This document shows positions 9,142-18,699 of a stretch of DNA of 64,000 nt, piece after piece (the first letter of the stretch is position 1; each line of letters starts with the position of its first letter). Position numbers and translations under genes: made by a program. The stretch is from Bdellovibrionales bacterium (GTDB lineage Bacteria > Bdellovibrionota > Bdellovibrionia > Bdellovibrionales > JAGQZY01): positions 10,952-74,951 of the forward strand of contig JANOYW010000019.1 of assembly GCA_031429075.1 (NCBI GenBank), read 5' to 3'. Below the pieces are notes generated by a model. That model searched no databases, was not told the origin of the DNA, and saw only the letters and a program-made list of their open reading frames with translations.

Positions 9142-10125
9142 AACCGGCCGTTCTACAAGATGATGTAATATAAAAGAGAGAGCGGAAGCCAATACGAGCA
9201 CGGCAAGCAAGTACTCTACTTTACTTTGTCTGATATTTAAAAAATGAATTATTGGAATATGTACCAAGAAAATTCCATAAGATAAATAGCCTGCTAGATG
9301 GTCTATTTTTCCCGATTTGAATTTTAATAAATATTTCAAAGCCGATGGACACAGTAAAAGAGCCAGGGCGTTTTCCATAAGCCAAGGCACACGCTCTAAA
9401 TTCATCGCTAACAATAAACTGCAGTAAAGAATTCCGATACCCGCTGCTATATATTCAACTTTGAACTTTTGAGACGTTTCCTCGCCTTTATTTTGCCTGT
9501 AAATGATAAATCCAGTTAAAAATAAAGGAAGTGTGCCAAAGAGATATCGATAAGTGAAGCTTTCAACCAAATCAATATGCTGTCTATGTAAACAATAGAC
9601 GGTGCACACAACAGCCGCCCCCATGATGGTTTTTAAATACGAGCTTCTGAGTAATGCCAAAAATGGAAATATGAAAAAATATTTTACTTCCAGAGCTAAA
9701 GAGGGAGCTGGAGTGACATGCGAATAAGCACCGAAGGAAAAATCTCCAGCCAATAAAAAGCCAACAACTCCGTTTATCGGTTGTAAAAAAGATAAAAAAA
9801 GATGCTTTAGGCTTACCGCGTGTTCAGGTAAAATTCTCAAGCTCGGGGTAAACTGAACTTGATTGCCTAAAAACACCAAACACATCACAATGCAAAATAA
9901 GGGAACAAGTCGAAGGAGTCGATCAAAATAAAACTCGATCATCTGGTTTTTACTGTTTTTAAATCGATCAAAAATCAAAGCGGTAAAGAATCCAGAGATG
10001 ATATAAAAGCAAAATACAGCAAAGACACCCTGGTTAATTTTCAAGCCTAAAAAACTCCACAGGGGAAAATCGAGATGCGAGTAAACAACCAAAGATGCTA
10101 AAAAAAATCTTAAGTAGCCAATCAT
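9112..10125 (-). CDS. Acyltransferase family 3 (OafA/WecH-like) membrane O-acetyltransferase
   Basis: 337 aa with about 10 TM segments and an AT3-type N-terminus MIGYLRFFLASLVVYSHL. There is no fused SGNH domain. Confidence 0.75.
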   Translation of the reverse strand: MIGYLRFFLASLVVYSHLDFPLWSFLGLKINQGVFAVFCFYIISGFFTALIFDRFKNSKNQMIEFYFDRLLRLVPLFCIVMCLVFLGNQVQFTPSLRILPEHAVSLKHLFLSFLQPINGVVGFLLAGDFSFGAYSHVTPAPSLALEVKYFFIFPFLALLRSSYLKTIMGAAVVCTVYCLHRQHIDLVESFTYRYLFGTLPLFLTGFIIYRQNKGEETSQKFKVEYIAAGIGILYCSLLLAMNLERVPWLMENALALLLCPSALKYLLKFKSGKIDHLAGYLSYGIFLVHIPIIHFLNIRQSKVEYLLAVLVLASALSFILHHLVERPVLKIRHRKGR

Positions 10126-10134
10126 GGGATTCCT

Positions 10135-11304
10135 TTAAGTGGTTGTTCGACTTGCGTTGGTAAATATATTCATGAGTCCCGCATGTTTGCTTTGCGAGGT
10201 TGTCTGCGCCACCGCTTGGTTAAAGCCAAAAAAGTTAGGATAAATTTTAACCAATGATTTTTCTTCGTTTGCAAAAATATAGAGGTTTCCGTCAAAAAAA
10301 TACTGTCCATCCGCAAGACAATTAGAAAAACTAAACTCATAAGCTATGGGACGCGAAAGGTCCTTGCCTACGATATTGTCATCCACCGAGAACCCTGAAA
10401 TGGTAATGCCCTCCATGTTCTTGAGAGCAATGCTCAAACGGTAGTGGCCCCCATTTTTGTAGGTGCAACTAAACTTGAGAAGCGCCTGATTGCCGCTGAA
10501 CGAGACTTCCGCCTTCTCGAAAAAATCTTCGGACTTTTGATGGGCCACAGGACTTTCTCTGAGCTGTTGCGAAGTGACTTGCTTGTACATGCGCACGCCC
10601 TCTAAAGAGTCACCGTCATGCACGATGCTCCCTTTATCGAGCACCATCACTCGCGAGCAATAGGCTGAAATCATATTTGGGCTATGGCTCACGATCAAAA
10701 AACTTTGCCCCGCCGTTTGCATTTTGCGAATTTGGTCTAGACATTTAATTTTAAAAGCGGCATCTCCCACCGAAAGTGTCTCATCAACAATGATCAGATC
10801 CGCTTTTACAAAAGCACTGCAGGCAAAAGACAACCGCGCCCGCATTCCAGAAGAGTAGGTTCGAACCGGCATCTCGAAATAATTTTTAAGTTCGGAGAAA
10901 TCGTAAATCTTAGAAACCACATCGTTCACTTCGCTTGCAGGAATATTGTGCAAGTTGCAAAACACGTGGGCGTTCTGCCGCCCGGTAAAATCTGGACTAA
11001 ATCCAGAGGCCACATTGAGCGACGCCGAAATCGAACAATTGCTAACCACTTCGCCCGAAGTGGGAGGAATCACACCACAGATGATGGACAGAAGCGTACT
11101 TTTTCCAGCCCCATTTCGCCCCATGATTCCCACGGTTTCTCCCCGTTTGACCGAAAAAGAAATATTCTTCAAAACTGAAACAATCTTATCCGCCTTGCGC
11201 TTTTTATTAAACAGCGCAAGATACAGATTTCCCAACGTCGACGACGAAATTAAAAAATTCTTACCAATATTTTTAGCTACAAGAATTTCGTCTTTAGAGA
11301 ACAT
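10135..11304 (-). CDS. wzt: O-antigen/polysaccharide ABC exporter ATP-binding protein with C-terminal (Wzt_C-like) extension
   Basis: 389 aa with Walker A GRNGAGKST, signature YSSGMRARL and Walker B LIIVDE. About 145 extra C-terminal residues (about 10138-10575) have a beta-rich pattern. It overlaps wzm by 11 nt. Confidence 0.85.
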   Translation of the reverse strand: MFSKDEILVAKNIGKNFLISSSTLGNLYLALFNKKRKADKIVSVLKNISFSVKRGETVGIMGRNGAGKSTLLSIICGVIPPTSGEVVSNCSISASLNVASGFSPDFTGRQNAHVFCNLHNIPASEVNDVVSKIYDFSELKNYFEMPVRTYSSGMRARLSFACSAFVKADLIIVDETLSVGDAAFKIKCLDQIRKMQTAGQSFLIVSHSPNMISAYCSRVMVLDKGSIVHDGDSLEGVRMYKQVTSQQLRESPVAHQKSEDFFEKAEVSFSGNQALLKFSCTYKNGGHYRLSIALKNMEGITISGFSVDDNIVGKDLSRPIAYEFSFSNCLADGQYFFDGNLYIFANEEKSLVKIYPNFFGFNQAVAQTTSQSKHAGLMNIFTNASRTTT

Positions 11305-12082
11305 CGGTCACCGCTGGCGAAAGTTTCGAAAATAAAAAAGCAGCCACTGCCCACAGCAGTGAGCAAATCACTAAAAAGGAGATCATCCACGTTTGAAACA
11401 CAAAGGGATTAGAATAAATGGGAAAACGAAACAATTCCACAAGGGACGTCAACGGATTGAGAAACAGAATTTTTTGAAATGTTTCAGAGACTAACGAAAG
11501 GGGGTAAGCGATGGGGGTTAAATAAAAAGCAAAACGCACAATCACTCGAGTTGTATCTTTAAGATCGGCGACGAAAGGAGCGAGAATCGCAAAAATAATA
11601 CTGATCGGTGTGATAAAAATAAATAAGATTAAAAATCCAATTAAAAATCCAGGAAGCGTATAATAGTAAAATCGCTGATAAAACAGACTGAGCGAGAGCA
11701 AAACACACAGCTGAAGGATGGCGCTGAATCCGGTCCGCAAAAGAGTGGAGGCAATAAACGAAATCAAAGGAATTTTACTTGTGGTGATCAATCCGCGTTT
11801 GGAAAGCAAAGCATTGGTGGCGTTGGCTAATGCTTCACTAAATAACATGTACGGGGCAAAACCACAAAAAAACGGCAGAATAAACCCAAGGGCTTCGCCC
11901 GTCGTAGGATCCGACCACCCCACTCGAAGAACCCGTCCGTAGACAAACCCGTAAATCGCCAACGCGACCAAGGGGCTTACAAACAACCAGGACATTCCGA
12001 AGAGAGAGCGGGAGTACGTGGAGGAAATATCTCGTTTGGCTAAATAGTAACCAAATTTAAAAGATTCACGGGTAAACAACAT
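11294..12082 (-). CDS. wzm: ABC-2 type polysaccharide exporter permease
   Basis: Six-TM ABC-2 pattern. The N-terminus FKFGYYLAKRDISSTYSRSLFGMSWLF is typical of Wzm/TagG/KpsM. Start taken at the internal ATG (12082, 262 aa) rather than the ORF-track start at 12202. Confidence 0.8.
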   Translation of the reverse strand: MLFTRESFKFGYYLAKRDISSTYSRSLFGMSWLFVSPLVALAIYGFVYGRVLRVGWSDPTTGEALGFILPFFCGFAPYMLFSEALANATNALLSKRGLITTSKIPLISFIASTLLRTGFSAILQLCVLLSLSLFYQRFYYYTLPGFLIGFLILFIFITPISIIFAILAPFVADLKDTTRVIVRFAFYLTPIAYPLSLVSETFQKILFLNPLTSLVELFRFPIYSNPFVFQTWMISFLVICSLLWAVAAFLFSKLSPAVTDVL

Positions 12083-13403
12083 GAACCGCCTGAGAATTAA
12101 ATTCTTGCTGCTTTTTTGCCAAGGACAGTTGATCAAACCATTTCTGCCCCAAAATTTCCGGAGCGAGTGTTTGAAAAATGAGGCGTCGTGAGCCTTCGAC
12201 ATGGTTCGTCACTTTTTGCGGGTTATCCAAATACTCGCTCACTGCAGAGAACCAATCCTCTGCTCTTTGCACGTTCTCGCCCAAAAACTCATTGGATTGA
12301 TTGGATGTCAGCACTACTGGTTTGCCTAACAAAAGCGAGAAAACCGCTCGATTGGGAGATTTGCAGATGCTAAATTCGTTCTTTCGATTGGGAAGTACCA
12401 CCACATCCATTTTATCAACAGCGTCGTAAATCGTGGTTGCATCCCACTTCACAAAACACACGTTGAGCGCCAGGTGGGACAGGCTCTCCATCTGTGCAGG
12501 ACTGTCGCTGACAACTAAAAGTGTCGCTTGCCGCTGCTGACATAATTTTTGTAGATCCTGATCTAAGAGCTGCAAATCTGAAAGACCAAAAATTCCCGCA
12601 GTGCCGCTGTTACCAAACCAGCCTATCACCGGTTTTTTTAAATCTTTTTCGTCGACCCAGCGAATTTTTTTTGCGCCACCAGATTCGGAAGTCTCAGAGC
12701 GAAAGGCATGGGCCACGGAACCAGGAAGAGTCCATACAATCAATCGCGCGAGGATTGATGTCAAAAGTCCAATCATTGTGTCGATGGCAGCAAACAAAAG
12801 GTCCACCACCCGCATAACGAGGGGCCGCACCCGCAAACGAAAGCTGGCAACCTTCGTCAGACGCAAAAAATACAAAAGCGGAATGGCAAGTCGTCCGCTG
12901 TGGAATATTCGCGAAAAATAAAAGCGTGGAATTTTTTGTGCGAATTCGTAACTGTGATGCTTCTCTTCGATGGGATCTGGCAACACACAAATCTTAGCGA
13001 CGGGGAGTTTTTGCGCAAGGACGGACTTGAGCTCCTCAGTGGGACAAAACACCTTGTCGGCGATTTCTGCCATTTTTAAAAAAAACTTGTACTGAAACGA
13101 ATACTTTTTAGTTTCGTGGTTTACAAAAAACAAATTGTCGCAGATGTCTAAAAACACCTTAACACCGCTCGCCTGGGCCTTTTGCGCCAAGTGGTAATCG
13201 TACTCTGTAAAACATTTTACGAATACGATGGCATCAAAACAGGAAAAGTCGATGGCGTCAGAAGATTGAAAAAAGGTCGATTGAACGCCGTGGTTTTCTA
13301 AAAACTTTGCCGGTAACAAACAGCGATAACGCACACTCGCCACATTCGACGTCAGGCGCGACAATTTCCAGGCAATTCTTTGCAGCTTTTTCTCTTTTTG
13401 CAT
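12066..13403 (-). CDS. Putative GT-B glycosyltransferase (unclassified)
   Basis: 445-aa ORF upstream of and overlapping wzm. It has a two-lobed Rossmann-like pattern with a hydrophobic insertion and no recognisable named motif. Confidence 0.35.
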   Translation of the reverse strand: MQKEKKLQRIAWKLSRLTSNVASVRYRCLLPAKFLENHGVQSTFFQSSDAIDFSCFDAIVFVKCFTEYDYHLAQKAQASGVKVFLDICDNLFFVNHETKKYSFQYKFFLKMAEIADKVFCPTEELKSVLAQKLPVAKICVLPDPIEEKHHSYEFAQKIPRFYFSRIFHSGRLAIPLLYFLRLTKVASFRLRVRPLVMRVVDLLFAAIDTMIGLLTSILARLIVWTLPGSVAHAFRSETSESGGAKKIRWVDEKDLKKPVIGWFGNSGTAGIFGLSDLQLLDQDLQKLCQQRQATLLVVSDSPAQMESLSHLALNVCFVKWDATTIYDAVDKMDVVVLPNRKNEFSICKSPNRAVFSLLLGKPVVLTSNQSNEFLGENVQRAEDWFSAVSEYLDNPQKVTNHVEGSRRLIFQTLAPEILGQKWFDQLSLAKKQQEFNSQAVHVVYP

Positions 13404-13412
13404 GAGGAATAG

Positions 13413-14291
13413 TTATCTTCGCATATAAGCCGAAAAACAAGAGCTTAGTGCGTCGCTCCACATAGCCGGACGGTAGCTAAAAGTGCTTTCAAATTTGCTG
13501 ATATTGAGTCTTGAATTGGCTGGGCGAGTGGCGGGAGTTGGGTATTGGCTCGTGGCAATGGGCTCCACCGTGTCTACGCGCAGTGGAAGGCCGTTCTGCC
13601 GTGCTTGCGCAAAAATTTCCTTGGCGAATTCGTACCAAGTGGCACTCCCTTGATTTGCGAAGTGAAAAAGTCCCCAGTTGTTATTTATTTCGGGCAGCGT
13701 CTGAGCCAACATTTTTGCGATTTCCAAAGTGTAGGTTGGCGCTCCCACCTGATCGTTAACAATCTTCAGCTGCTGACGCTCTGTCCCCAATTTCAGCATC
13801 GTCAGGAAGAAGTTTTTACCATGTTCGGAATAGAGCCAACTCACGCGAAAAATAAGATGTTTTTCGCAATGTTGTTGAACTGCTTGTTCTCCCCGCAATT
13901 TTGTTTCACCGTAAAAGTTGAGAGGACCAGGACTGTCTGTTTCCACATAGGGAACAGTCTTTGCACCGTCGAACACGTAGTCTGTTGAAAAATGAATGAA
14001 AGGAATTTTGAGAGACTCACAGGCCATCGCCAGCATTTTGGGGGCCAGCGCATTTACACTTTCGGCCTCACTTTTTTGCGTTTCGGCCAAATCCACTTGC
14101 GTGTAGGCAGCGGCATTGATCACCAGAGTTGGATTCTGTGCCGTCACAAATGGAACAATGGCTACAGAAAGGCGCAAGTCCAAATCCTGTTGCGAAACAA
14201 AATGAATGTTTGAATTTTTAAAAACCTCGGCAATGGACCGCGCCAGCTGACCGTTTTTTCCAAACACTAGAATTTTTGTAAAAGGACTCAT
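13413..14291 (-). CDS. rfbD: dTDP-4-dehydrorhamnose reductase
   Basis: 292 aa with ILVFGKNGQLA, STDYVFDG and FYGETKLRGEQ (YxxxK). Confidence 0.85.
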   Translation of the reverse strand: MSPFTKILVFGKNGQLARSIAEVFKNSNIHFVSQQDLDLRLSVAIVPFVTAQNPTLVINAAAYTQVDLAETQKSEAESVNALAPKMLAMACESLKIPFIHFSTDYVFDGAKTVPYVETDSPGPLNFYGETKLRGEQAVQQHCEKHLIFRVSWLYSEHGKNFFLTMLKLGTERQQLKIVNDQVGAPTYTLEIAKMLAQTLPEINNNWGLFHFANQGSATWYEFAKEIFAQARQNGLPLRVDTVEPIATSQYPTPATRPANSRLNISKFESTFSYRPAMWSDALSSCFSAYMRR

Positions 14292-15199
14292 ACACGCTTC
14301 TTTTTAAGTAAAAAATAGAATCCAATTCCCAAAAATGGTAAATCGGACAACTGCAAAACTGTAAAGATAAGTACCCCGTCACTGCCGACGGACGAACTCA
14401 TAAAGTCGTAGAGGAATTTGTAAATAACCTGGCCCACACCCAGCGCGCCAGGAGTGGTTGGAACAATCATCGACAACGCCGACAACGGAAAGACAATCAG
14501 AGTATTAATAAAAGTCACTTGCGTTAAGCTCTCCCTCAATGCAATCCAACAAATGCAAAGCACATAAAGACCCTGACTTAAAATTCCCACCACTGTGGCC
14601 ACAGCCCAAAGCTTCCAATCGGCGAAGGCCGAAAGAAAATGGAGTTTTTTTAAGCGATGTTTAAATCTCGCAGCCAACAAAAGCCCAACAATAATGACAA
14701 TGAGGACGGCACTTAAAACGTAGATTCGATCGACGCGAATTAAAAAATCAAGTTTTGTCCAAACCTCGGGGTTCAGCAACAAACCGACAACTAACATTAG
14801 CAACAGCGATACTAAGCCGAACAGACGATCCATAAAGATCGAAAGACTTACTTTTTCCAGAGGAATTTTTAATCCGCGCATGTAATAAAAACGTCCCACA
14901 TCTGCGGATACGGCACTCGGCAAAACGTAGCTGGTGAGTAGCCCCGTCGCATTCAGAAAAAAAACATCCCAGTATTTAATCGGCACGCTAGCCTTCTGCA
15001 AAATAAACCACCAGCGCCATGAAACAGAGACATAGACCAACAATTTAATTGCCACCGCACCGAGCACCGTAACAAAGCTCAAACGGTACAATTCTGTTAA
15101 AAAGGAAAACGAATCACTGCGAATCAAATAGACCAAGATGCCCAGGGCCAATGCATAGCGAATGATCAATGAAAACGATATTTTTTTTAAAATTTGCAT
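14288..15199 (-). CDS. Polytopic membrane protein, UPF0104 / lysyl-PG-synthase-TM (flippase-like) family
   Basis: 303 aa with about 8 TM segments, a Pro/Gly-rich TTPGALGVG segment and a basic C-terminus. It has 4-nt and 1-nt overlaps with its neighbours. Confidence 0.45.
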   Translation of the reverse strand: MQILKKISFSLIIRYALALGILVYLIRSDSFSFLTELYRLSFVTVLGAVAIKLLVYVSVSWRWWFILQKASVPIKYWDVFFLNATGLLTSYVLPSAVSADVGRFYYMRGLKIPLEKVSLSIFMDRLFGLVSLLLMLVVGLLLNPEVWTKLDFLIRVDRIYVLSAVLIVIIVGLLLAARFKHRLKKLHFLSAFADWKLWAVATVVGILSQGLYVLCICWIALRESLTQVTFINTLIVFPLSALSMIVPTTPGALGVGQVIYKFLYDFMSSSVGSDGVLIFTVLQLSDLPFLGIGFYFLLKKKRV

Positions 15200-16050
15200 T
15201 ATGTCTTTACTGCCATGGCTTTTTTGATTTGATTTGATCGTGTCATCACTTCTTTGTGTTTCCTATAACCCTTAGAAACATCCATCAACGCCAGGGAAAA
15301 TCTCCAAAATGGCGCAAGGATTTTTGGCACCTTAGCATAATTATGTAGATCCACAAGAAGTGACGGACGAAAGTACCCAGCACTGATTTCAGCCCGAATT
15401 TCGTCCTCGGTCAACTTTCCCGAGTTTAACATTTCCAGCACGGCTTCGTACCAAACACCAGCGTGTTTATTGCGGGTGCTTACCCATGGCTGAGTGTTCA
15501 TATCGGTGTAATGAATTAATTTTGTGTCGTTATCGTAATGCTCGAGGCTGTTCCACGAAAACGGCAGCTCCTCGCCCACCTTGGCATCATCAACAATGCA
15601 CATGTTCTGCATTAGCTGTTGATAATTATATTTTCCATTATCTAAATCAGCCACAATTTCTTTGATATCCCATCGGCATTTTTCACAGTCGATAACCATC
15701 ACCGAACACTGGCGGATTCGCTTTTTTCCAGGCACAGGTTTTTGAATCACGATGTGATGGTCTTTCATGGGCCAACGAAAGAGTTCCATGATGTCGGAGA
15801 AAACAAGCATATCGGCATCGAGGTAAATCGCAGTTCCTTTGTAATCCATAAACTGTGGAATGCAGAAGCGGCTAAAAGAAAAACCAGTTCTCTGCTGATT
15901 GGCAATGGATCGTGGTACCGGCACTGGCAAATCACACATCGCCACTACTTCCACGTCTTCAGAGGCGTACTTTTTGATAGAGTGCTCGAGAACTTTCACT
16001 GCAAGCCGCTGGCTTTTATCTGTTCCTACAAAGATTTTTCGTTTGGACAT
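15199..16050 (-). CDS. GT-A fold (GT8-like) nucleotide-sugar transferase, paralog B
   Basis: DxD in AIYLDADMLVFSD; paralog of the 8173-9141 product. Start taken at the ATG at 16050 (MSKRKIFVGTD) with GAGG upstream. The ORF track starts at 16068. Confidence 0.45.
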   Translation of the reverse strand: MSKRKIFVGTDKSQRLAVKVLEHSIKKYASEDVEVVAMCDLPVPVPRSIANQQRTGFSFSRFCIPQFMDYKGTAIYLDADMLVFSDIMELFRWPMKDHHIVIQKPVPGKKRIRQCSVMVIDCEKCRWDIKEIVADLDNGKYNYQQLMQNMCIVDDAKVGEELPFSWNSLEHYDNDTKLIHYTDMNTQPWVSTRNKHAGVWYEAVLEMLNSGKLTEDEIRAEISAGYFRPSLLVDLHNYAKVPKILAPFWRFSLALMDVSKGYRKHKEVMTRSNQIKKAMAVKT

Positions 16051-16112
16051 GCCAACCTCAACTATCACAAATGCCTATTGTCTTTTATGCGTATATTCTG
16101 TAAACAAAAACT

Positions 16113-17183
16113 ATGCAACTCAAGGCGTTATCCGCGTCTCAACACGTCGTCTCCATTTTCATCCATCTTCCCCAGGATTTGGACCTTCTTGCGCCAATTC
16201 TTCTTGAGTTACAGTCTCATAACACGCGTTTTAACATTCTGCTACACCACAAACTTCTGCGCCGATCCCCCAGAATCGCTGCTTTTTTAAAACAGCACGA
16301 CATCCAATGGACAGCGGTTCGCTTACCTTGGGATCTTGTGCAAATTGTTGCAAGCTTGCGAACCGCGAGTCATTTGATTACCGCTTCCGAAAGCTCCACT
16401 CGCGCTCACCGCTGGGCCCACCGACTCACGCGACTCGCCCGCTGGATGGGACTGAAAACATTGACCCTTCAGCATGGCTTCGAAAACATTGGTCTCACCT
16501 ACAGCGATTCGATTCACGATATCAAAAATCTAAAATTTGCCTCGGACAAAATCCTAATTTGGTCCAATAAAAGCCACTTGCATGCAAACATACCTGCGCA
16601 CACGTTGCAAAAGTGCATAGAGTTTGGTTGCACAAAAGATAATTCGCGCCTTGCTGCCCCTCGCAAGCCGGCTTCCTTTGTGATTTCGGTTTTTGAAAAC
16701 TTGCACTGGCATCGATACTCTTCATCCTACCGTGAGCAGTTTATCGAGGATCTTTTTGCAGCAGCAAACCATTTCAAAGACTTTTGTTTTTTATTAAAAC
16801 CGCACCATGATGGCCGCTGGTTTACCCAACAAAAACAAATCCGCAAAGCCGAAAATGTGATGATTTTAAATCCGCAGGATCCGCTGTGGGAGCCCTTCAC
16901 AGCTCCAGCCATTGCCAAAATCTCGGATCTGGTAATCACCACACCCTCGACGACAGCCGTCGATGCTGCGGCAATGAATTTGCCTGTGCTGCTGGTGGAT
17001 TACGATAATCTTTCGGAAAATTACAAACCCTTGATCGCGCTTACTAAATCACAGGAATGGATCGACGCCATCCAGACTTACTCTCAGGACCCATCGCCTG
17101 CCATTTTAAAGGGCCAAGAGTTTTTTCGACGAACACAAATTAAAATGAAATCCGCAGCACAAATTTTTAGTGTTCTCGATTAG
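16113..17183 (+). CDS. Hypothetical protein, possible GT-B-like (capsule-synthesis/TagF-like) transferase
   Basis: 356 aa. The LLKPHHDG segment resembles the KPHP motif of TagF/KpsS-type enzymes, and VITTPSTTAVDAAAMNLPVLLV resembles a GT-B C-terminal lobe. Support is weak. Confidence 0.25.
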   Translation: MQLKALSASQHVVSIFIHLPQDLDLLAPILLELQSHNTRFNILLHHKLLRRSPRIAAFLKQHDIQWTAVRLPWDLVQIVASLRTASHLITASESSTRAHRWAHRLTRLARWMGLKTLTLQHGFENIGLTYSDSIHDIKNLKFASDKILIWSNKSHLHANIPAHTLQKCIEFGCTKDNSRLAAPRKPASFVISVFENLHWHRYSSSYREQFIEDLFAAANHFKDFCFLLKPHHDGRWFTQQKQIRKAENVMILNPQDPLWEPFTAPAIAKISDLVITTPSTTAVDAAAMNLPVLLVDYDNLSENYKPLIALTKSQEWIDAIQTYSQDPSPAILKGQEFFRRTQIKMKSAAQIFSVLD

Positions 17184-18049
17184 AGATGGGCTGCGATTTT
17201 CTTTAAGTACTGCCCATAACCACTCATCGGAGCTTCTTCGGCAAGTTTTGTAAACTGGGTTTTCGAAATATAACCTTTTTCTAAGGCAATTTCTTCTAAA
17301 CACGCAATCTTAAGGCCTTGGCGTTTTTCGATGGTGTGCACAAACTGAGCAGAATCCAAAAGTGAATCGTCGGTGCCGGTGTCCAGCCACGCCACGCCAC
17401 GCCCCAAGGTGAAAACTTTTAAATTTTGCGCTTTAAGATAAAGTGAATTGAGATCCGTTATTTCGATCTCTCCGCGCTTCGAGGGCTTCAATCCGCGAAC
17501 GTATTTAGTGACTTCACTGTCGTAAAAATAAAGACCCGTCACCGCCCAGCTCGATCGCGGCACAGCAGGTTTTTCCTCGATGCTCACCGCTTTACCCGAT
17601 TCATCAAATTCCACCACGCCGTAGCGCTCGGGATCATTCACACGGTAAGCAAACACTGCGGCTCCGGTTTTGAGTTGCGTTGCTTCCTGCAGCATGGTCG
17701 GCATGTTTTCGCCGTAAAAAATATTATCTCCAAGAATTAAACATACCGACGAGCCACGAATAAATTCGTCGGCAATCACGAAAGCCTGGGCAATGCCATC
17801 GGGTTTTTCCTGAACGGCATAGCTGATTTCGAGACCCAGTTTTTTTCCATCGCCGAGGAGCGAACGAATCATGGGTACATCGCGGGGTGTGCTAATAATC
17901 ATGATTTCCCGAATGCCAGCAATCATCAGAGTGGATAACGGGTAGTAAATTGTCGGTTTGTCGTAGACTGGCAAAAGCTGTTTACTCACTGCGAGCGTTG
18001 TTGGAAATAAACGAGTCCCGCTGCCACCTGCTAAAATAATACCCTTCAT
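17180..18049 (-). CDS. rfbA: Glucose-1-phosphate thymidylyltransferase
   Basis: 289 aa with MKGIILAGGSGTRLFP, KQLLPVYDKP and LGDNIFYG. Confidence 0.92.
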   Translation of the reverse strand: MKGIILAGGSGTRLFPTTLAVSKQLLPVYDKPTIYYPLSTLMIAGIREIMIISTPRDVPMIRSLLGDGKKLGLEISYAVQEKPDGIAQAFVIADEFIRGSSVCLILGDNIFYGENMPTMLQEATQLKTGAAVFAYRVNDPERYGVVEFDESGKAVSIEEKPAVPRSSWAVTGLYFYDSEVTKYVRGLKPSKRGEIEITDLNSLYLKAQNLKVFTLGRGVAWLDTGTDDSLLDSAQFVHTIEKRQGLKIACLEEIALEKGYISKTQFTKLAEEAPMSGYGQYLKKIAAHL

Positions 18050-18138
18050 AGATCCTCTTTATGGTAAAGAAATGACGTATAACCCTATTACTTTCTCATT
18101 GCAAAAAACTCTTAAAGTAATAAAACCTAAGGCCCAAC

Positions 18139-18699
18139 ATGTTCACCGAGACGCCTTTAAAAGACCTTTTGATTTATCGCCCCAAAGTCTTCAACGACGC
18201 GAGGGGATACTTTTTCGAAAGCTTTAACGCATTGCATTTTCAGCAGCGTGGTTTCTCACAACCCTTCGTGCAAGACAATCGCTCGTTTTCCCAGCGTGGA
18301 ACTCTTCGCGGGCTCCACTTGCAGCGCGGAGAGCATGCTCAAGCAAAGTTGGTCACGGTGCTCAGCGGCCATGTTTATGATGTGGCCGTAGACCTGCGGA
18401 GCAGCTCGTCGACCTTTGGCAAATGGTACGGAATTGAACTTAAAGCCGAAGACCCCACGTCGTTGTATATCCCGCGGGGCTTTGCCCACGGCTTTGTCGT
18501 TTTGAGCGAGACGGCTGAGTTTTTTTATAAAGTAGACAACTTTTATAACAAAGAAAGCGAAGCCGGAATTATCTTTAACGATAACGAACTTTCCATCGAC
18601 TGGAAAATTCCGTTTGAAGCATTGATTTTATCCGACAAAGACAAGGCGTTGCCCACCTTCAGTGAATTTTCACTCAAACAAAAAAGAGAACAAATATGA
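18139..18699 (+). CDS. rfbC: dTDP-4-dehydrorhamnose 3,5-epimerase
   Basis: 186 aa with DARGYFFESF, RGLHLQ, AKLVTVLSGHVYDVAVDLR and PRGFAHGF. Confidence 0.9.
   Translation: MFTETPLKDLLIYRPKVFNDARGYFFESFNALHFQQRGFSQPFVQDNRSFSQRGTLRGLHLQRGEHAQAKLVTVLSGHVYDVAVDLRSSSSTFGKWYGIELKAEDPTSLYIPRGFAHGFVVLSETAEFFYKVDNFYNKESEAGIIFNDNELSIDWKIPFEALILSDKDKALPTFSEFSLKQKREQI

Noticed and set aside
12521-12990. Many 60-190-aa ORFs in the six-frame track lie antisense to or overlapping well-supported genes. Examples: 2611-3164, 12521-12990, 13511-14213, 15742-16290, 21846-22379, 30782-31213, 47592-48170, 54758-56224 and 59715-60201.
   Set aside because: Each lies entirely inside a longer gene with clear family motifs on the other strand or frame. 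They have odd, low-complexity or Cys/Arg-rich composition and no RBS context. They are typical shadow ORFs.
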